From contig MU054001.1 of NCBI GenBank assembly GCA_013239625.1, positions 310,001 to 374,000 on the forward strand: a stretch of 64,000 nt of DNA, given 5' to 3'. Positions 26,301 through 38,974 of the stretch are shown one piece after another; position 1 is the first letter of the stretch, and every line of letters starts with the position of its first letter. The notes beneath the pieces are model-generated. The model had not been told where the DNA came from. It made no database searches and was given only the letters and a program-made list of their open reading frames with translations. Both the position numbers and the translations under genes were made by a program. The DNA is from Lama guanicoe (taxonomy: Eukaryota).

Positions 26301-26929
26301 AAGGCAAGCCTGACTCCCTCTCCCTCATGTTTGATGGCTCCAGGCTCTGCAGCACCTCCTGGGGAACCTCGTGGATGAAATTAGGTGGCAAACGTGGCCT
26401 CAGCATCTCAGCACTGGAGTCCACGTGGACTCAGGTCCCGCGTTCTGGGTTTTAGCCTGCCTGTTACGAGCCTGGGGGTCCTTACCCAAGTCCCTTGCCT
26501 TCTCCGGGCCTCAGTGTCTCCATGCAGGAAGGAGGGGCTGTGACTGGGTCTCCTCCAGCCCTAACATGCCCATGCATGGGATCCCAGGTGACTGAAGACT
26601 TGGAAAGACGTGATGTATAACTTTGCACTGAAAAAGGGACAACAAGTAGAGATCAGGGCTTAAATCCCACACAGTGGGATTTAACAGAAACACCTGGAGA
26701 AAAGTGTTTGAAAGTCAAGGAGTGAATTCTTGGAAGAGTATTCAGTTCCAGCAAATAGTCACGTAGAAAATGTCCTGTCAGACGAGTCTAATCCTGTGAC
26801 ATGTTAGATCTGTTACTCCCTTTTGATCTGGCAGACCTTGAATTACCCAAGGCAAGGCTCCCTCTGTATTTTTTTTTAAGCCCCGGAGCAGCAGCAGTTA
26901 TAAGCGTGGCTTCTGAAATCAGGCAGGCC

Positions 26930-27260
26930 TGAGGTTGAATCTGGATTCTTTCACTTTGTAGATTTGTGACCTTGGGAAACTGGCCCACCTTCCCTGAACC
27001 TCCTCCACTTCCTTATGTGTGAAATGGGACAATAAGAGCTTGGGCACACCGAGTTCTGACTGAGGGCCAGATCTGATTTTAATCACTTTGCTGAAATGAA
27101 GTGCCTTGGTGCTCACAATAGACCCATGGAACAGGTCACTATTTATTACCATTTTCATTTTCCAGATGGAGAAATTGAGGCCTAGGGAAATTAAGTAACT
27201 TGTAGCAGGTTGCACAACAAGCAAATGCTGGGCTCTGAGCTAGAACAGCTCTTAACCATG
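26930..27260. mobile_element. Two adjacent MIRs in opposite orientation
   Basis: + core TGTGACCTTGGGAAACT (~26965) and - core CAGATGGAGAAATTGAGGCCTAGGGAAATTAAGTAACTTG (~27163). Confidence 0.7.
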
Positions 27261-27983
27261 ACCCTGCATTGTCTGCTTCACAGGGGGCACAAGATGAAGT
27301 GGCTTCATGGAGTGCCAGATACCCGGGGAGCACTCAGAACATCCCATGAAAAGACCCAAGTAACAAAACTAAAAATTACCAGGGGAAACCTCACCCATTT
27401 CACAGCCATCGGGTGTTGTACACATCAGCCTAACTGGGAAGAATATCTTTTTGCCTCTCTCTGAGCTGACTCAAAAGACAGAGAATTGGGCTGCGTCTTG
27501 CTCCATCCCCCGCCCCCTCCTTTATTTTTTAATAGCCAAGAATGGCTGAGTGCCTGGGACTTTGTCCTCTGTGATAATGAATGGCCCCAAAGGGCAGAAG
27601 TGAATATAAGTGCCACTTTCAGCCCTGGGTCCCCAGAGGAAGGCCATTAGATGGTGGCTGGTACGGAGCAGGTGTCCTATTGGGGTGCACTGCCTGGAGT
27701 GGAAATCTGGGTTCCCTCTCTGGGTCCACCACTGGCGTGAGAGATATCTTCTGGAGAGTGAGGTCGGTCATCTTATGCTGGTGCAGCCAGAACAAGGAGA
27801 TGGCCAAGCTGACGTGGCCTGATTTGGGGGGGGGCGGGGGGAGATGAATGGAGACAGGGAAGGGGTGAGATCTGGAGATTTTAGAGTCAGAGGATAGGTG
27901 GGGGATGTTTGCTAATACCATTGACAGAATTACTTCAAGCCAAAAAGTGGTTAAAGGAGCAGAAAAAAATGGTAAGTCTTCAG

Positions 27984-28120
27984 TAGGGAGATGACAATCC
28001 TGGCTTGTCCGGGATAGTCCCAGTCAATAGCCGGGACCAGTCCTGTGGTCCTGAAGTCCCACTCGCTTACTTAGCTTTTGCCCCAACACAATTCAGGTGA
28101 TAAATTGTATCGTCACCTCC
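27984..28120. mobile_element. MER94-like DNA transposon
   Basis: TCCTGGCTTGTCCGGGATAGTCCCAG...TGATAAATTGTATCGTCACC. Confidence 0.6.
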
Positions 28121-29026
28121 AGTCTTCAGACAGATTGCTTTTCAGCTGCCAACATGCTCCTCACTGCTGGAAAAGGTTGCTTATTGTCTAACTTAGATCC
28201 TTCCTGCTGTAATCAAAGCCTGATCCCACTGTCAGTGATACCAACAACCCTAGAACAACTGGTGTTTGTTAAGTTGTTCCAGAAACTACCACGTGCCAGG
28301 TGCTGTCCTGGGCACGGTGGGGTGTGGGGTGAGCTCAGTGGTGAATAAGACCTAGCCAGTTGCATCCGAGGAACTCTGTTCCGAGGAAGTACAGACAAGT
28401 AAGCAGATAATTACAGCACAGTGTGATTAGAGCTTCAAGAGAAGTAACTCAAGTGGCTCAGGGAGCCCCACCAAGAAGTGTCTTTTCATCACTGGCTGTT
28501 GCTGCAGGCAAGTCTTTCTAAGGTGTTCAATATTAATTAATGAGCAGTAATTGAGCACCTGGTCCCCTGTTTTCACCCTCATTCCCTGCAGTCCTTTGCA
28601 CAGCCACCGAGAGAGATCCATTTAGAACAGAAATCTGATGAGATCGCTATTTTCTCCCAACAGCCCAGTGCTTCCTATCACATGAGTCTAGCAATCAAGT
28701 CTTTTGCCATTACCCTCCCTCCCAGCTCTAGCCCCCAGCTACCTCTCTGAGCACTCTGTCCTTGCTAGTGGAGTGCAGATAGAGCGCCCTCCATCCACAG
28801 GGTCTTGGAAGGCAGAGTTAAACCTGATGGGCAGAAACCAGTGGGCAAAACTGGTGCTCAAGTGAGAAAGGGGCTGATCTATAAAGTCGTGAATTCTCTG
28901 TCACTGGAGGTGTGCAAGCAAAGGAAAGATGCCAGATTGGAATATTTTACTCATCCTGGAAATTTCAAATGAATTACCACTCCCCTGGGAAGTCTTACTT
29001 GACCCTCTACCCTGCCCCAACCTAGG

Positions 29027-29380
29027 GGTGTTAGTCAGGCTAGGCTAGGATACGCTGTAGTAACAACCAATCTCAAAACTCTCAACGGGTCATCACAACT
29101 AAAGTTTATTTCTCAATCATGTCAAGTCATTTGCAGATCCAGGCAACTCTGCAGAGCCGTGCTCCTGCATGTATAACTCCTGGTTATTTCCATCTTGTAG
29201 CTCCACCTTCTCAACACATTTACCTCAAAGGGGAATGAGAGGCTGGAGAATCAGGGAGAGGTGTTTCAGTGGGTCATTTATACTCAAATTTTGGGCCAAA
29301 ACCAGTCACATGACCCCAGTGGGCTGGGAAGTTAATCTGAATGCCAAGGCAGGGTGAACACTAGTAGCATCCTTTACACT
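29027..29380 (-). mobile_element. MLT1K-like LTR
   Basis: GTTAGTCAGGCTAGGCTAGGATACGCTGTAGTAACAACC and AAAGTTTATTTCTC. Confidence 0.7.
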
Positions 29381-29537
29381 AGACCAGGTTTCCTTCTAAT
29401 TACTCTTCTGTCCACATGTACCTTCCATTTATCTATCAGTTAGTAACTACATATTTGTGTGATTATATGATGGATGTCCATCTTTCCCCTGAAATCTATT
29501 GGAAAGTAACTTAAATGTTGCTTATTGTTGAATGAAT

Positions 29538-29625
29538 AGATGGATGGATGGATGGACGGATGGATGGATAGATAGATGGATAGATAGTTGGATGGATGGA
29601 TGGACAGATGGATGGTTGGATGAAT
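29538..29625 (+). repeat. (TGGA)n/(TAGA)n microsatellite
   Basis: Direct reading; expanded from an L2 3' tail. Confidence 0.9.
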
Positions 29626-30281
29626 GAAAGGGTAGTGAGCTGTTTATAAGAAAAATGACACATTCACAATTCAGCATTACTTGGATGTATCTGATATTTC
29701 CTCCCGTGTTTCAGAACTAGTATAATCCTAGGAAGGGTTAATTAAGAGTTCCTGGGGGGGGTTAGCCCATCTGAGATCTTTCAGAGAATTAATTACTGTT
29801 TGGTATTAAACTTGCAGCCAAAATCCCCAGGAACAGTTATAATCCCTGAACTGTGGCCTGGCTTCTTTTCCCATTCCCAGGCTCGCTGACCTGCTGGTCC
29901 TCTCCATGGCTGTGAAGGGTGATGGGAGTGTGTGAAGCCACTGCTAGGAAATGCTCCTTGCCTCAGTAATATTATAGCTTCAGCTGCCTCTGAGCTCATA
30001 ATCTCTGAGCGTAGATGGGAATCAAAGAGACAATAGGACATTAGCAGAAAATGTGCCCACCACTCCAAAACAGCATGTCGCACTGAAATGTACCTGCCTT
30101 TTCGATGGCTGAGGAAGAGTCGGGGGCCCACTCCAGCACAGAGATGACTTTGCAATATGTTAAAGGGGATCCTGCAGAAGGAGGAAGGAGATGTTTATGG
30201 TCCATCATAATCCCATTCCCTCCCAGGACCTCAGATTTCTCTTCAATACAACCTGGAACTTTATTTAAATAATCTACTTTT

Positions 30282-30370
30282 GGGGTGCATGTAGCTCAGT
30301 GGTAGAGTGCATGCTAAGCATGCAGGAGGTCCTAGGTTCAATCCCCAGTACCCAGATTAAACAAAAATAA
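30282..30370 (+). mobile_element. tRNA-Ala-derived SINE (vic-1-like), short form
   Basis: GTAGCTCAGTGGTAGAGTGCATGCTAAGCATGCAGGAGGTCCTAGGTTCAATCCCCAGTAC plus A-rich tail; imperfect target-site duplication (TSD) aataatctac/aataatgtac. Confidence 0.88.
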
Positions 30371-30539
30371 TAATGTACCTGTCTCTGTAGCTCTAATACT
30401 TTGTGAGAAATCACTTCTAGGGAAGTGTTTAAAATTAGTCACAATAGAATAGCCTTGCCAATTGGTTAACTGCTGGGGAGCTGAGTTTCATCAGAGGCCA
30501 CATCAAGCCTTTCATTGTTCCTCTCAGTGAAATTTTATG

Positions 30540-30888
30540 AAAACTGAGTTGCTACATGTAGTGGTGATTAGCAATGTCACCACCATGGTCAAGTTCTTCT
30601 CCATCTGGGCCTTGCCTTGGAAGGTGAACAGAAACGATGTGTTACTTCTGGGCAGAGACTTTAAGAATCAACATGCAATTCACCTTTTGCCTCCCTCTCC
30701 TGCCCCAGCCACTCCAGCCAGAGGAGGGCTCAGCAGCCTGCGTCCCTGAATGAGGACTTAGATGGACGTAGCCTTCCATCCCAGGGATAAGCAGTGTGAG
30801 CAGAACTGTGTCTTTGTTGGGTTAAGGCAGTGAGATTTTCAGTTGTTTGTTACTGCAGCAAAATTTAGCCCATCCTGCCTAGCCCACA
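30540..30888 (+). mobile_element. MLT1J-like LTR
   Basis: GTGTTACTTCTGGGCAGAGACTTTAAGA, GTCCCTGAATGA and GTTGTTTGTTACTGCAGCA. Confidence 0.75.
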
Positions 30889-31029
30889 TGCTTATTTTAG
30901 AACATAGGTTAACATGCTGATTTAGGAACTTGAATGGAAGTGAGTCCCAATGGGGACAACAGACACCCAGAAGGAACATGGTGGAGCACATGTTATAAGA
31001 GCAGGATCCTGGGTTTGAATCCCTGCTGA
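30721..31029 (-). repeat. Right copy of a long-range inverted duplication (partner 14411-14698)
   Basis: See partner entry; shared sequence includes the non-repeat spacer AGTTCCTAAATCAG...TGTTCTAAA.TAAGCATGTGGGC. Confidence 0.9.
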
Positions 31030-31205
31030 GCCACTTAAGAGTCTGAGTGACCAGAGACAAGTTACTTAACCTCTCTGGGCCTCTTCTTCCTTCTCTGAAA
31101 AATGAGGCTAGGACCCATCTCACAGGGTTGTTGTAAGGGGTGAGTGAGAAAGCACAGAGAGCTAAGCAAGGGCTCCCATTTAGTAAACACTCAATAAATG
31201 GTGAT
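30978..31205 (+). mobile_element. MIR SINE
   Basis: CCTGGGTTTGAATCCC...ACAAGTTACTTAACCTCTCTG...TAGTAAACACTCAATAAATG. Confidence 0.85.
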
Positions 31206-32354
31206 GGAGCCAGAGTAACTCACTCCACAGAGTGCAGCAAGTACAACTTTGCCTGCTTTGCTAAACAGCTCAATCTCTATTTCAAGGCAAGAGTTAGAAC
31301 CTGCCAATTTAGTGTTGTCCCTTTTCCCTGGTGGTGTGTCTTTGTTCAAGCCAGGCGTGGGGGTGGGCTGGGGTGGGATCATGGGGTGAAGGCTGGGGCC
31401 CAAGGATGGCCATCTTCTGCCTCTGCTGGCATCTGCTGAGTCGTCCTCATTGCCATCTGGCTTATGGGCATGTGTCCACACCTGTCACTGCTGTGGCCTC
31501 CTTCCTGCTTGAGAAGACATTCCATACCTCCCTCTTGCCCCTAGGCTGTGCCCCCAGTTTGGAAACCTCCCCACAGAGGGACCCGTTGTCCCACAGGAGC
31601 TCCGGTGAGGCTGTGTGACCCCTTGTCCGGTCACACCTGTCTTCTGCTCACCACAGCACCATCATGCTCCTTCCGTGGGCAGGTCCCGGTAATTTCAGCT
31701 TTGGAATTCTTTCAACATACTCACTCTGGGGAGGGATGGGTAAGCCAAGTTTCAAGCCCCTCCACCCAGATCCAGAGCTGTTTAAATGCTCCTGTTGATT
31801 TCCTCGGATGCTCCTCCACCCTCCGGAATTACTCCTCTGTCCTTGGGAAGGCAGGAAACGTGGCTCCCCTCGCTGTGTGTTTTCTAAGGAGATTTGGGGG
31901 CCCAGGCGCTCAACCCACTAATACCTCTTCTCTGCTTTGTCCTTTACCTCCTTTCCTTGAGGCAATGGATGACATAGTGGAGCTGCTGAAAAGGTACAAA
32001 GGGGTCAGGTGGGTGACAGGAAATATCAGGGAGAAACAATAATTGGTAAGTATTTAAAATGACATTGTTAGATATTAATATAACTCTTATAACTGTAATC
32101 ACTATAGGCATATTGAGTTATGGGTTCTTTTATTAGTACGTGAACTCCCTTCACCTTGTGCACCCCCATCCAAATAATGTCCATTAAATTAAGGGTTAGC
32201 TTTTGCTTTACTGCCTCAAAAATATTTCCTGACCTCCAGCCCACGTGTTTCTTCCCTCTTCTCAACTCCTGTCCTGACTACTCTCTATGACACATATCAA
32301 TGTATATTTTAAAGGAAACTTCACGTGTGTATCTATCTCATTTTGCTTTCTTGT

Positions 32355-32893
32355 TATAGCTGTCTCTTGCTGCAGTTATCGCTCCAATTAGCACCAAATG
32401 CGGCCGCTGTATCCTGTTCATGGAGTTTTTGTGTCAGGAATTAGGAAAGGGTAGATGGTTTGTACTCAGGTGTCTGGGGTCTCTACTGGAAAGACTCCCC
32501 CAGGCATAGAAGTGACTTGATGGCTGGGGCAGGGATCATATGGAAGTGTCTTTACTCACACGCCTGGCATTGGATGCTGCCTGCTGCTGGAACAGCTGCA
32601 CACAGCCTCCCCGGGTGGACTGGGCTCCCTCCCGGCATGACAGCATCAGACTTCTCATGTGACAGCTCAGGGCTCCAAAGGTAGATGCCCCAGGGGAGCC
32701 AGGAACAAGCTCTTGCTTATTATGAGCTAGCCTGGATGTCACATATCACCGCTGTAAGTCCCAAGCCTCCTTAGGTTCAGGGGGAGAAACATAGAGCCCA
32801 TGTCTCAGGGAGAAGAGCGTCAAAGACACACTGTAAGAGCATTTGAGGTGGGAGGGGTGGTTGCAGCCACCTTGGAAAGTCTCATCCACCACA
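32355..32893 (-). mobile_element. MLT1G/H-like LTR
   Basis: GTCAGGAATTAGGAAAGGG, CAGACTTCTCATGTGACAGCTCAGGGCTCC and GCAGCCACCTTGGAAA...CCACCACA terminus. Confidence 0.78.
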
Positions 32894-34232
32894 CCCTGAG
32901 AAACGTTCCCTCTGGGACAGAGACCATGACTCAATTCCCTTTGAACCTTTTCCAGACCCATTACACAGGATCTTGAAAATAACACATGCTTAGCTATATT
33001 TACTGGTTGATCACTTGCCTGTGATGGAGGCAGCCCCTTGACTATTATGGGTTAGGACAATTGGAGTTGAATAGTATTTTACGAGGGGCAAATCACTCAT
33101 ATAGAGGCATCATTCCGATATCACTGAAATCACAAGAGCCCTGCCAAAGGAGGTGTTGGTAGCCTCATTCATGAGTTGACAGAGGCCTCAGAGAACTTAG
33201 ACAACTTGTCTAATGTCAACACAGCTGGTGGACGGCAAATTTGAATCCAGGATCTGCCTCCCAGCCTAGGATTCGTCCTCACCTAGAGTGGTGAATGCCC
33301 AATTGAAATAGGTGGGGAAAAAAAAGGCAGGTAACGAAGACTCTCACAATGTTTGTCTTGAAGGTTTTGCCAGTCTCTAATCCAGCATCTGCAGGCTGTT
33401 TCTACTTCCTGCTGTGCCCCTTTCCAGAAGGCTCCATCAGGAGAGGGCTCCAAGTTCAGTGTTGAAAGCCAGGCTCCTGGTAACCAAAGATGGTTGGCAA
33501 ATGATCTTTGAATAACCTTGTCTCATGAAACGCCGGGTCGGTTTCACAAGTACATAAAACAACAACAGAATGAAAGACATAAACAAGAACAAGCCTGTAA
33601 TCATCACAAAGCTGGGCAGGCGTGGGGGAAGGAAAGCGGCTTCTAATGCCTTTGCCCCTTCTGTTTTCTTTGCCGGCAATTCCAGCGCTCTGGCCATCTG
33701 TTCCTTGTTGTGGGCGGTTAAGTGAAATGGGCTGCCAATACAAATAGCCCCACTTGAGGTTTGTTTGCATAAATTGTTTTGAAAGCTTCATGACGAATTT
33801 TCAGGATTACTTGCAGTGGTAGGGACCTTGGTGGAGGCGGAAATATAAATTTAGAGATGCCAGTTGGAATCTATTAATTTGCTTGCAGCACGTTACCCTA
33901 GCTCTGCTCCTGGACTGGCTGTGTGACCTTGGGCCAGTGAATTAACCTCTCTGGACTTTAGTATTCTCATCTGCTCAATGGGATGTGATAGGCATAGTAG
34001 CTACCTTATGGGATTATGAATTGGAAACAAGAGGATGTATATTAAACGTTGAGCAGAGGGATTGGCATGTGGTATGCGCTTAATACGTGGAATCGACTAG
34101 AGTCTTTTTGCCGAAATGAGGGCAAGAACAGCTCCATTTGGTACTCAGAATCAGACAGCCCTGGGGTTGTGTCCCAGTTAAATAACTTGCTGTCTGACTT
34201 GGAAGAGTTATATTTTTGCTCTGAGTGTCAGG

Positions 34233-34645
34233 GTTTTTTTTTTTTAATTATAGTCGATTTACGATGTTGCTTTACTTTCTGGTATACAGCATAGTGATTC
34301 AGTTATACATACGCACATTCTTTTCCATATTTTTTTCATTATAGGTTATTACAAGCTATTAAATATAGTTCCCTGTGCTAAACAGCAGGACTTTGTTGCA
34401 TTATCTAATTTATATATGGTGGTGTGTATCTGTTAATCCCACACTCCAAATTTATCCCTCCCCACCTTTCCCCTTTGGTAACCGTAAGTTTGCTTTCTGT
34501 CTGTGTGTCTGTTTCTGCTTTGTAAATAAGTTCATTTGTGTCATTTTTGTAGGTTCCACATATAAGTGATATCATATATTTGTCTTTCTCTGTCTGACTT
34601 CCTTTTCAGTATGATAATCTCTAGGTCCACCCATATTATTGCAGA
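34233..34645 (-). mobile_element. LINE-1 3' UTR fragment inserted in a MIR
   Basis: Poly-T, TAGTTCCCTGTGCTA, CCCCTTTGGTAACCGTAAGTTTG and TCCACATATAAGTGATATCATA; approximate TSD tctgagtgtcag/tctgagcctcag. Confidence 0.88.
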
Positions 34646-35244
34646 ATGTCTGAGCCTCAGTTTTTAAATTTGAAGAATAGGACGAACACCAGATCAGGAA
34701 GACAACCTGGGGGCACAGTATGTAAAGCACATAGCACTCTGTGTCAGATGCTCACGATGGCTGCCATCCTTGTTACTCCATGACGGCCGTGTGGCTCGGC
34801 TACTTCTGGATGAGTTTGAGCCTCTTACTGTCCACATCTGGGACGGCACATCCAGTCTGTCTCCTGTGTCTCCTGTGTTTGTTCTCATCTTGGTTGGAGC
34901 TACGTGGAGCAATTTCTTTAGAAAGAGTTACGTGGGAAAGAGCGATTGGTACTGTCTGCCAGAGGCGAGGAGCGAAGAGTCGGGGCACCCGAGCGCATTT
35001 GATGACCTTGCTGTAGACTCTGGCAGGGAAGACACTAAGACTACAGCCTGCACAGATTCTGGAAAAGGAAGAAGATGCACAGAGTGAAGGCTCAAGGTGG
35101 AGAGGAGCCCTAGCATGTGACTTCCAACAGCCAAATGTTGCAAACGTTGAGCTGGAGGTTTGATTCCCCTACGCTGCTGGCACCTGGGGAACACTTCGGG
35201 GGAATCCCCAGGGAAATAATTCAGTCGGGGCTGATTCTCTCAGG

Positions 35245-35592
35245 GTGAGAGAGAGAAAGAGAAACAGGAGGCAGAGAGAAGTAACAAAAGTGTGAGACTA
35301 AGGACAGAGAAACAGACAAAAGACACAGGGAGGTAGAGAAAAGATAGACAGGGCAGACAAGAGACATAGAGTCAGAGAGACACAGAAGAGGAGGAGATGG
35401 AGATGCAGACAGGTGGACAGAGAGGGAGAAAACCAGAGAGACAGACAAGGTCAGACAGAGACCAAGATGGAGACACAGAGAGAGACAGCCAGGGAGCGAG
35501 GAAGAGAGATACACATGCAGAGAATGAAATAGAGGCAGAGACAGAGAGAGGAGGAGAGATAAACAGAGACCGAGGGAGGAGAGAGATGGAAG
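35245..35592 (+). repeat. GA-rich low-complexity tract
   Basis: About 350 bp of degenerate AGAG/AGAC repeats. Confidence 0.9.
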
Positions 35593-36626
35593 AGGCCAGC
35601 GCCGCCCCTGGCTCCCACAGCTGGAAGCAACAAGGGAATCAGGTCCAACTTCCTCTGTCTGGAGATTCAGATCTGCATGCCTAGGGGCCCTCAGAAGTGG
35701 CGGTGGCCCCCACCTCGTCCCAGGGACACCAGCTGCCCATCAGCCCTCGGCCTGGCACACTGGCAGGACCTTTCCAGCTCCAGGGGGGCCTGAGCTGGTT
35801 CTTTCATCTTGCGGCCCCACGGTCCCATCTCCTAATGCAGAGCAGGAACTGCCCAGATGGAGCACAGGGCCAGGCCTCGTGGCCGGGCCGTGGAAGCATT
35901 TCTACCGATGACAGTTAAATTGTGGGAGCCTCTGTTCCTCATTTACATCACAGACGCGGGAGTCCTCCGACGACCTCCCCCAAATGAAAGCCAGCTGCCC
36001 CCATCTCATCCACTGAGCATTTTGCTTCACTTTAGACGGTCTCCTAACTTTCAACTCAAACTTGCTGTCTGCCTTGATAGGCTCTAGGGCTTAATGATAT
36101 TTTATTGTGTGATTTCACCAAACCCTAGAGTTTTTCACTTATTTTAAGCTAATGGACTAAATCTGGACCCATTTGCTAAAACAAGCCCGGTTTTAGTAAG
36201 GAGTAGAGTGGTTACGCATAAATCAGGGTTTCAGGTAAGATATTAGGTTTCTATTGCATCTAAAGAAGCAACAGGCTATTCTTTTATGTGATTGGTAGGG
36301 CAACTGACACGAGGCAGGTTTGAAACGTGCTTTTCTCCTGGGAGGGACGCACAGCAAATGATTTTGTCCAATGCCCTCCATCATTTGATAAATGTTTGCC
36401 GAGCTTCTATTGTATGTAAGTCCTTGAGGCAGAGGCAATTGAAAAGCACGAACCAAAGAAGATTACATTCTGGGTAGAAATATTATGAAGTAGAAAGGGC
36501 TCAGTGCCTTCAAGGCAGACCAGGGGGCACGATTCTGAGCACCCTCCCTGGCAAGCGACTACATTCTCAGCTTTGTGGAGTGTGTGGCTTTGAGGGCAAA
36601 GCTTCAAGTTTGGGTAAAATTTTTGA

Positions 36627-36822
36627 GCCGTGGCTCTCAACCAGAGAAGACTTTGCCTTCTGTGGGAGCCTTGATGAGGTCTGGAAACATTTTCAGTTGT
36701 CACATCTGGGAGCACGGGGTATCAGGGATGCAGCTAAACATCGTTCAGGGTTCAGGACAGTTCCCCGCAGCACAGAATGATTTGATCTAAAGTATCAACT
36801 GTTTTGCTATCGAGAAACTCTA
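36627..36822. mobile_element. MER20 (hAT) DNA transposon
   Basis: GTGGCTCTCAACC...GTCTGGAAACATTTTCAGTTGTCAC...CAGGGATGCAGCTAAACATC...GAGAAACTC. Confidence 0.8.
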
Positions 36823-36864
36823 TTTATTTTTATATTTTTTTGTACTGTGATTTTGTTTTCTTTA

Positions 36865-37800
36865 AATTTTTTTTAAATTGAAGTATAGTTGCTTTACAAT
36901 ATTATATTAGTTTCAGGAGTACAACATAGTAATTCAATATTTGTATAATTATATTTCATTTAAAGTTATTATAAAATATTGGCTATATTCCCTGTACTGT
37001 GCAACATATCCTTGTAGCTTATTTATTATATACATATTAGTTTGTACCTCCTAATTCCACTGGTTTAACCACTGGCTTATTCTCTGTAAGTTTGTTTCTG
37101 TTTTGTTATTTTTATTTGTTTCTTTCATTTTTTAGCTCCCACAATAAGTGATAACATACACGACTTGTCATTGTCTGACTTACTTCTCTAAGCATAATAC
37201 ACTCCAGGTCCATCCGTGTTGTTACAAATGGCAAAATTTTATTCTTTTGAATGGCTGAGTAATATTCTACTATATATATATATACCACATCTTCCTTATC
37301 CATTCATCTGTTGATAGACATTTGGGTTGCTTCCCCGTTTTGGCTACTGTAAATAGTGCTGCTATGAACGTTGCAGTGCATGTATCTTTTCGAATTAGTG
37401 TTTTCCTTTTCTTCGGGTATACTGGCAGGAGTAGAATTGCTGGATCACATGGTTGTTTTATATTTAGTTTTTTGAGAGATCTCCATACTGTTTTCCATAG
37501 TGGCTGCACCAACTTACATTCCCACCAACAGTGTAGGAGGGTTCCCTTTTCCCCACATCCTTGCCAACATTTGTTGTTTGTGGTCTTTTTGATCCTGACA
37601 GGTGTGAGGTGATACTGTATTGTGGTTTTGATTTGTGTTTCCCTGATGATTAGCAATGTTGAATATCTTTCCATGTGCCTGTTGGCCATCTGCATTTCCT
37701 TCTGCCCATTTTTTAATTGGATTGATTATTCTTTTTTGATATTGAGTTCTACGGGTTATTCATATATTTTGGATCTTAGCCCCTTATCAGTCATACCATT
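36865..37800 (-). mobile_element. LINE-1 3' UTR plus ORF2 C-terminus
   Basis: ORF 37270-37695 reads [23 protein letters not shown]...[29 protein letters not shown] (ORF2 Cys-rich domain). Confidence 0.95.
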
Positions 37801-37874
37801 TGTATGTAAAGAAATCCTCCTTTAGAGCAAAGGAAGTGGGTGTGGTGGTATATATGATCCAGATGGCCAGGTGG

Positions 37875-37985
37875 TCAGGTATAGCTGTGCAGGTTGTGCA
37901 CTAAGCAACTCCACTGGGGGCTAGTCACACTGCCTCTGATGAAAACGGGCCTCCTGGAGTTGTGCACTGCAACAGCCCTGCAGGC
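37875..37985. mobile_element. MER91-like palindromic DNA element
   Basis: GTGCAGGTTGTGCACT..GCAACTCCA ... TGGAGTTGTGCACTGCAACAGCC inverted arms. Confidence 0.55.
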
Positions 37986-38974
37986 AGAGGGGAAAGTACA
38001 AGCAAAGGCCCAAAGGCAGGGCAGTTTGTGTGTGATTTGGCTTGAGCATAAGATTCTTGGAGGGGAGTGGAAGGGATTGAAAAGTTAGGGTTGAGCCTAA
38101 GGGCTAGGACTTTGTTCTGTGAGCACTGGGGAGCCATCAAAGACTTTGGAAAATAAAATGAAGGGATCTGGGATGTGCTTTGGAAAGACTCAGTGGGCAG
38201 CAGTGTGTAACAGAGATCGATGGCATCCTAGGGAGAGAAAGTTAGAGAAGGAGAGAGGCCGTGAGATGGGACACCAGCAGGAAAAGTGCTCCATCGCTGG
38301 TGGGGTCTGCCTAGGGAAGAAGACACAGCCCAAAGGTGAATTAATGGGGTAAGGAGGGAATTGAGGCTGTCTGTGTAACGACGGCCACCATCTCCCGCTC
38401 CCTCTGAATAGACCCCAAGTGGGGCCTCCTCCCTGGACTTGATCATAAACTAAGCACTCTCACCTGTAATGTGTCCAGTCTTCCCTGAGGCTCTGTTTTT
38501 ATATCATGTAATAAACGAAACATTGTTCTTTAACATCATAATAATTTCTTCATTTATGGTGACAACAAAACCCAGAGAAAGAGAAAGAAGAATAGACTTG
38601 AAAACGTCGTGAGGGTGACTCTCCAAGAGCTGAGAGCAGAGATGAGGTATCAGCTGTCAAGGTGAAGGGACGGTGATCTGGAAGCCATTCTGGTGAGCAC
38701 CTGGGTGGCTCACATGCAGGGTCAAGTACACTAGACTGAGAATTAGCTGTGTGGGGTCCTAGTCTCTCCCAGCTACCTCGTGTGGCTGTGGGCAGTCCCC
38801 ATCCACACCCTGGCTCCTAGTCTCCCCAGCTTTAAAGTGGCTACTTCTCCAACTTATTGCAATGAAAGTCCATATAATGGGTAAAAGTGGCGATGGACTA
38901 ATCAGTTACGGGGTGAAGATCTGCTGGTTTTATTTACTATTATTAAAATGTATTTCCTTGGTTGATTACTTAAA

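Noticed and set aside
26417..26432. Perfect 16-bp palindrome GAGTCCACGTGGACTC containing an E-box
   Set aside because: About one such palindrome is expected by chance in 64 kb, and it lies in MIR-like sequence.
34694..35220. Cluster of overlapping ORFs with some CpGs as a possible exon
   Set aside because: No recognisable protein similarity or convincing splice pair; the left part is a MIR tail.
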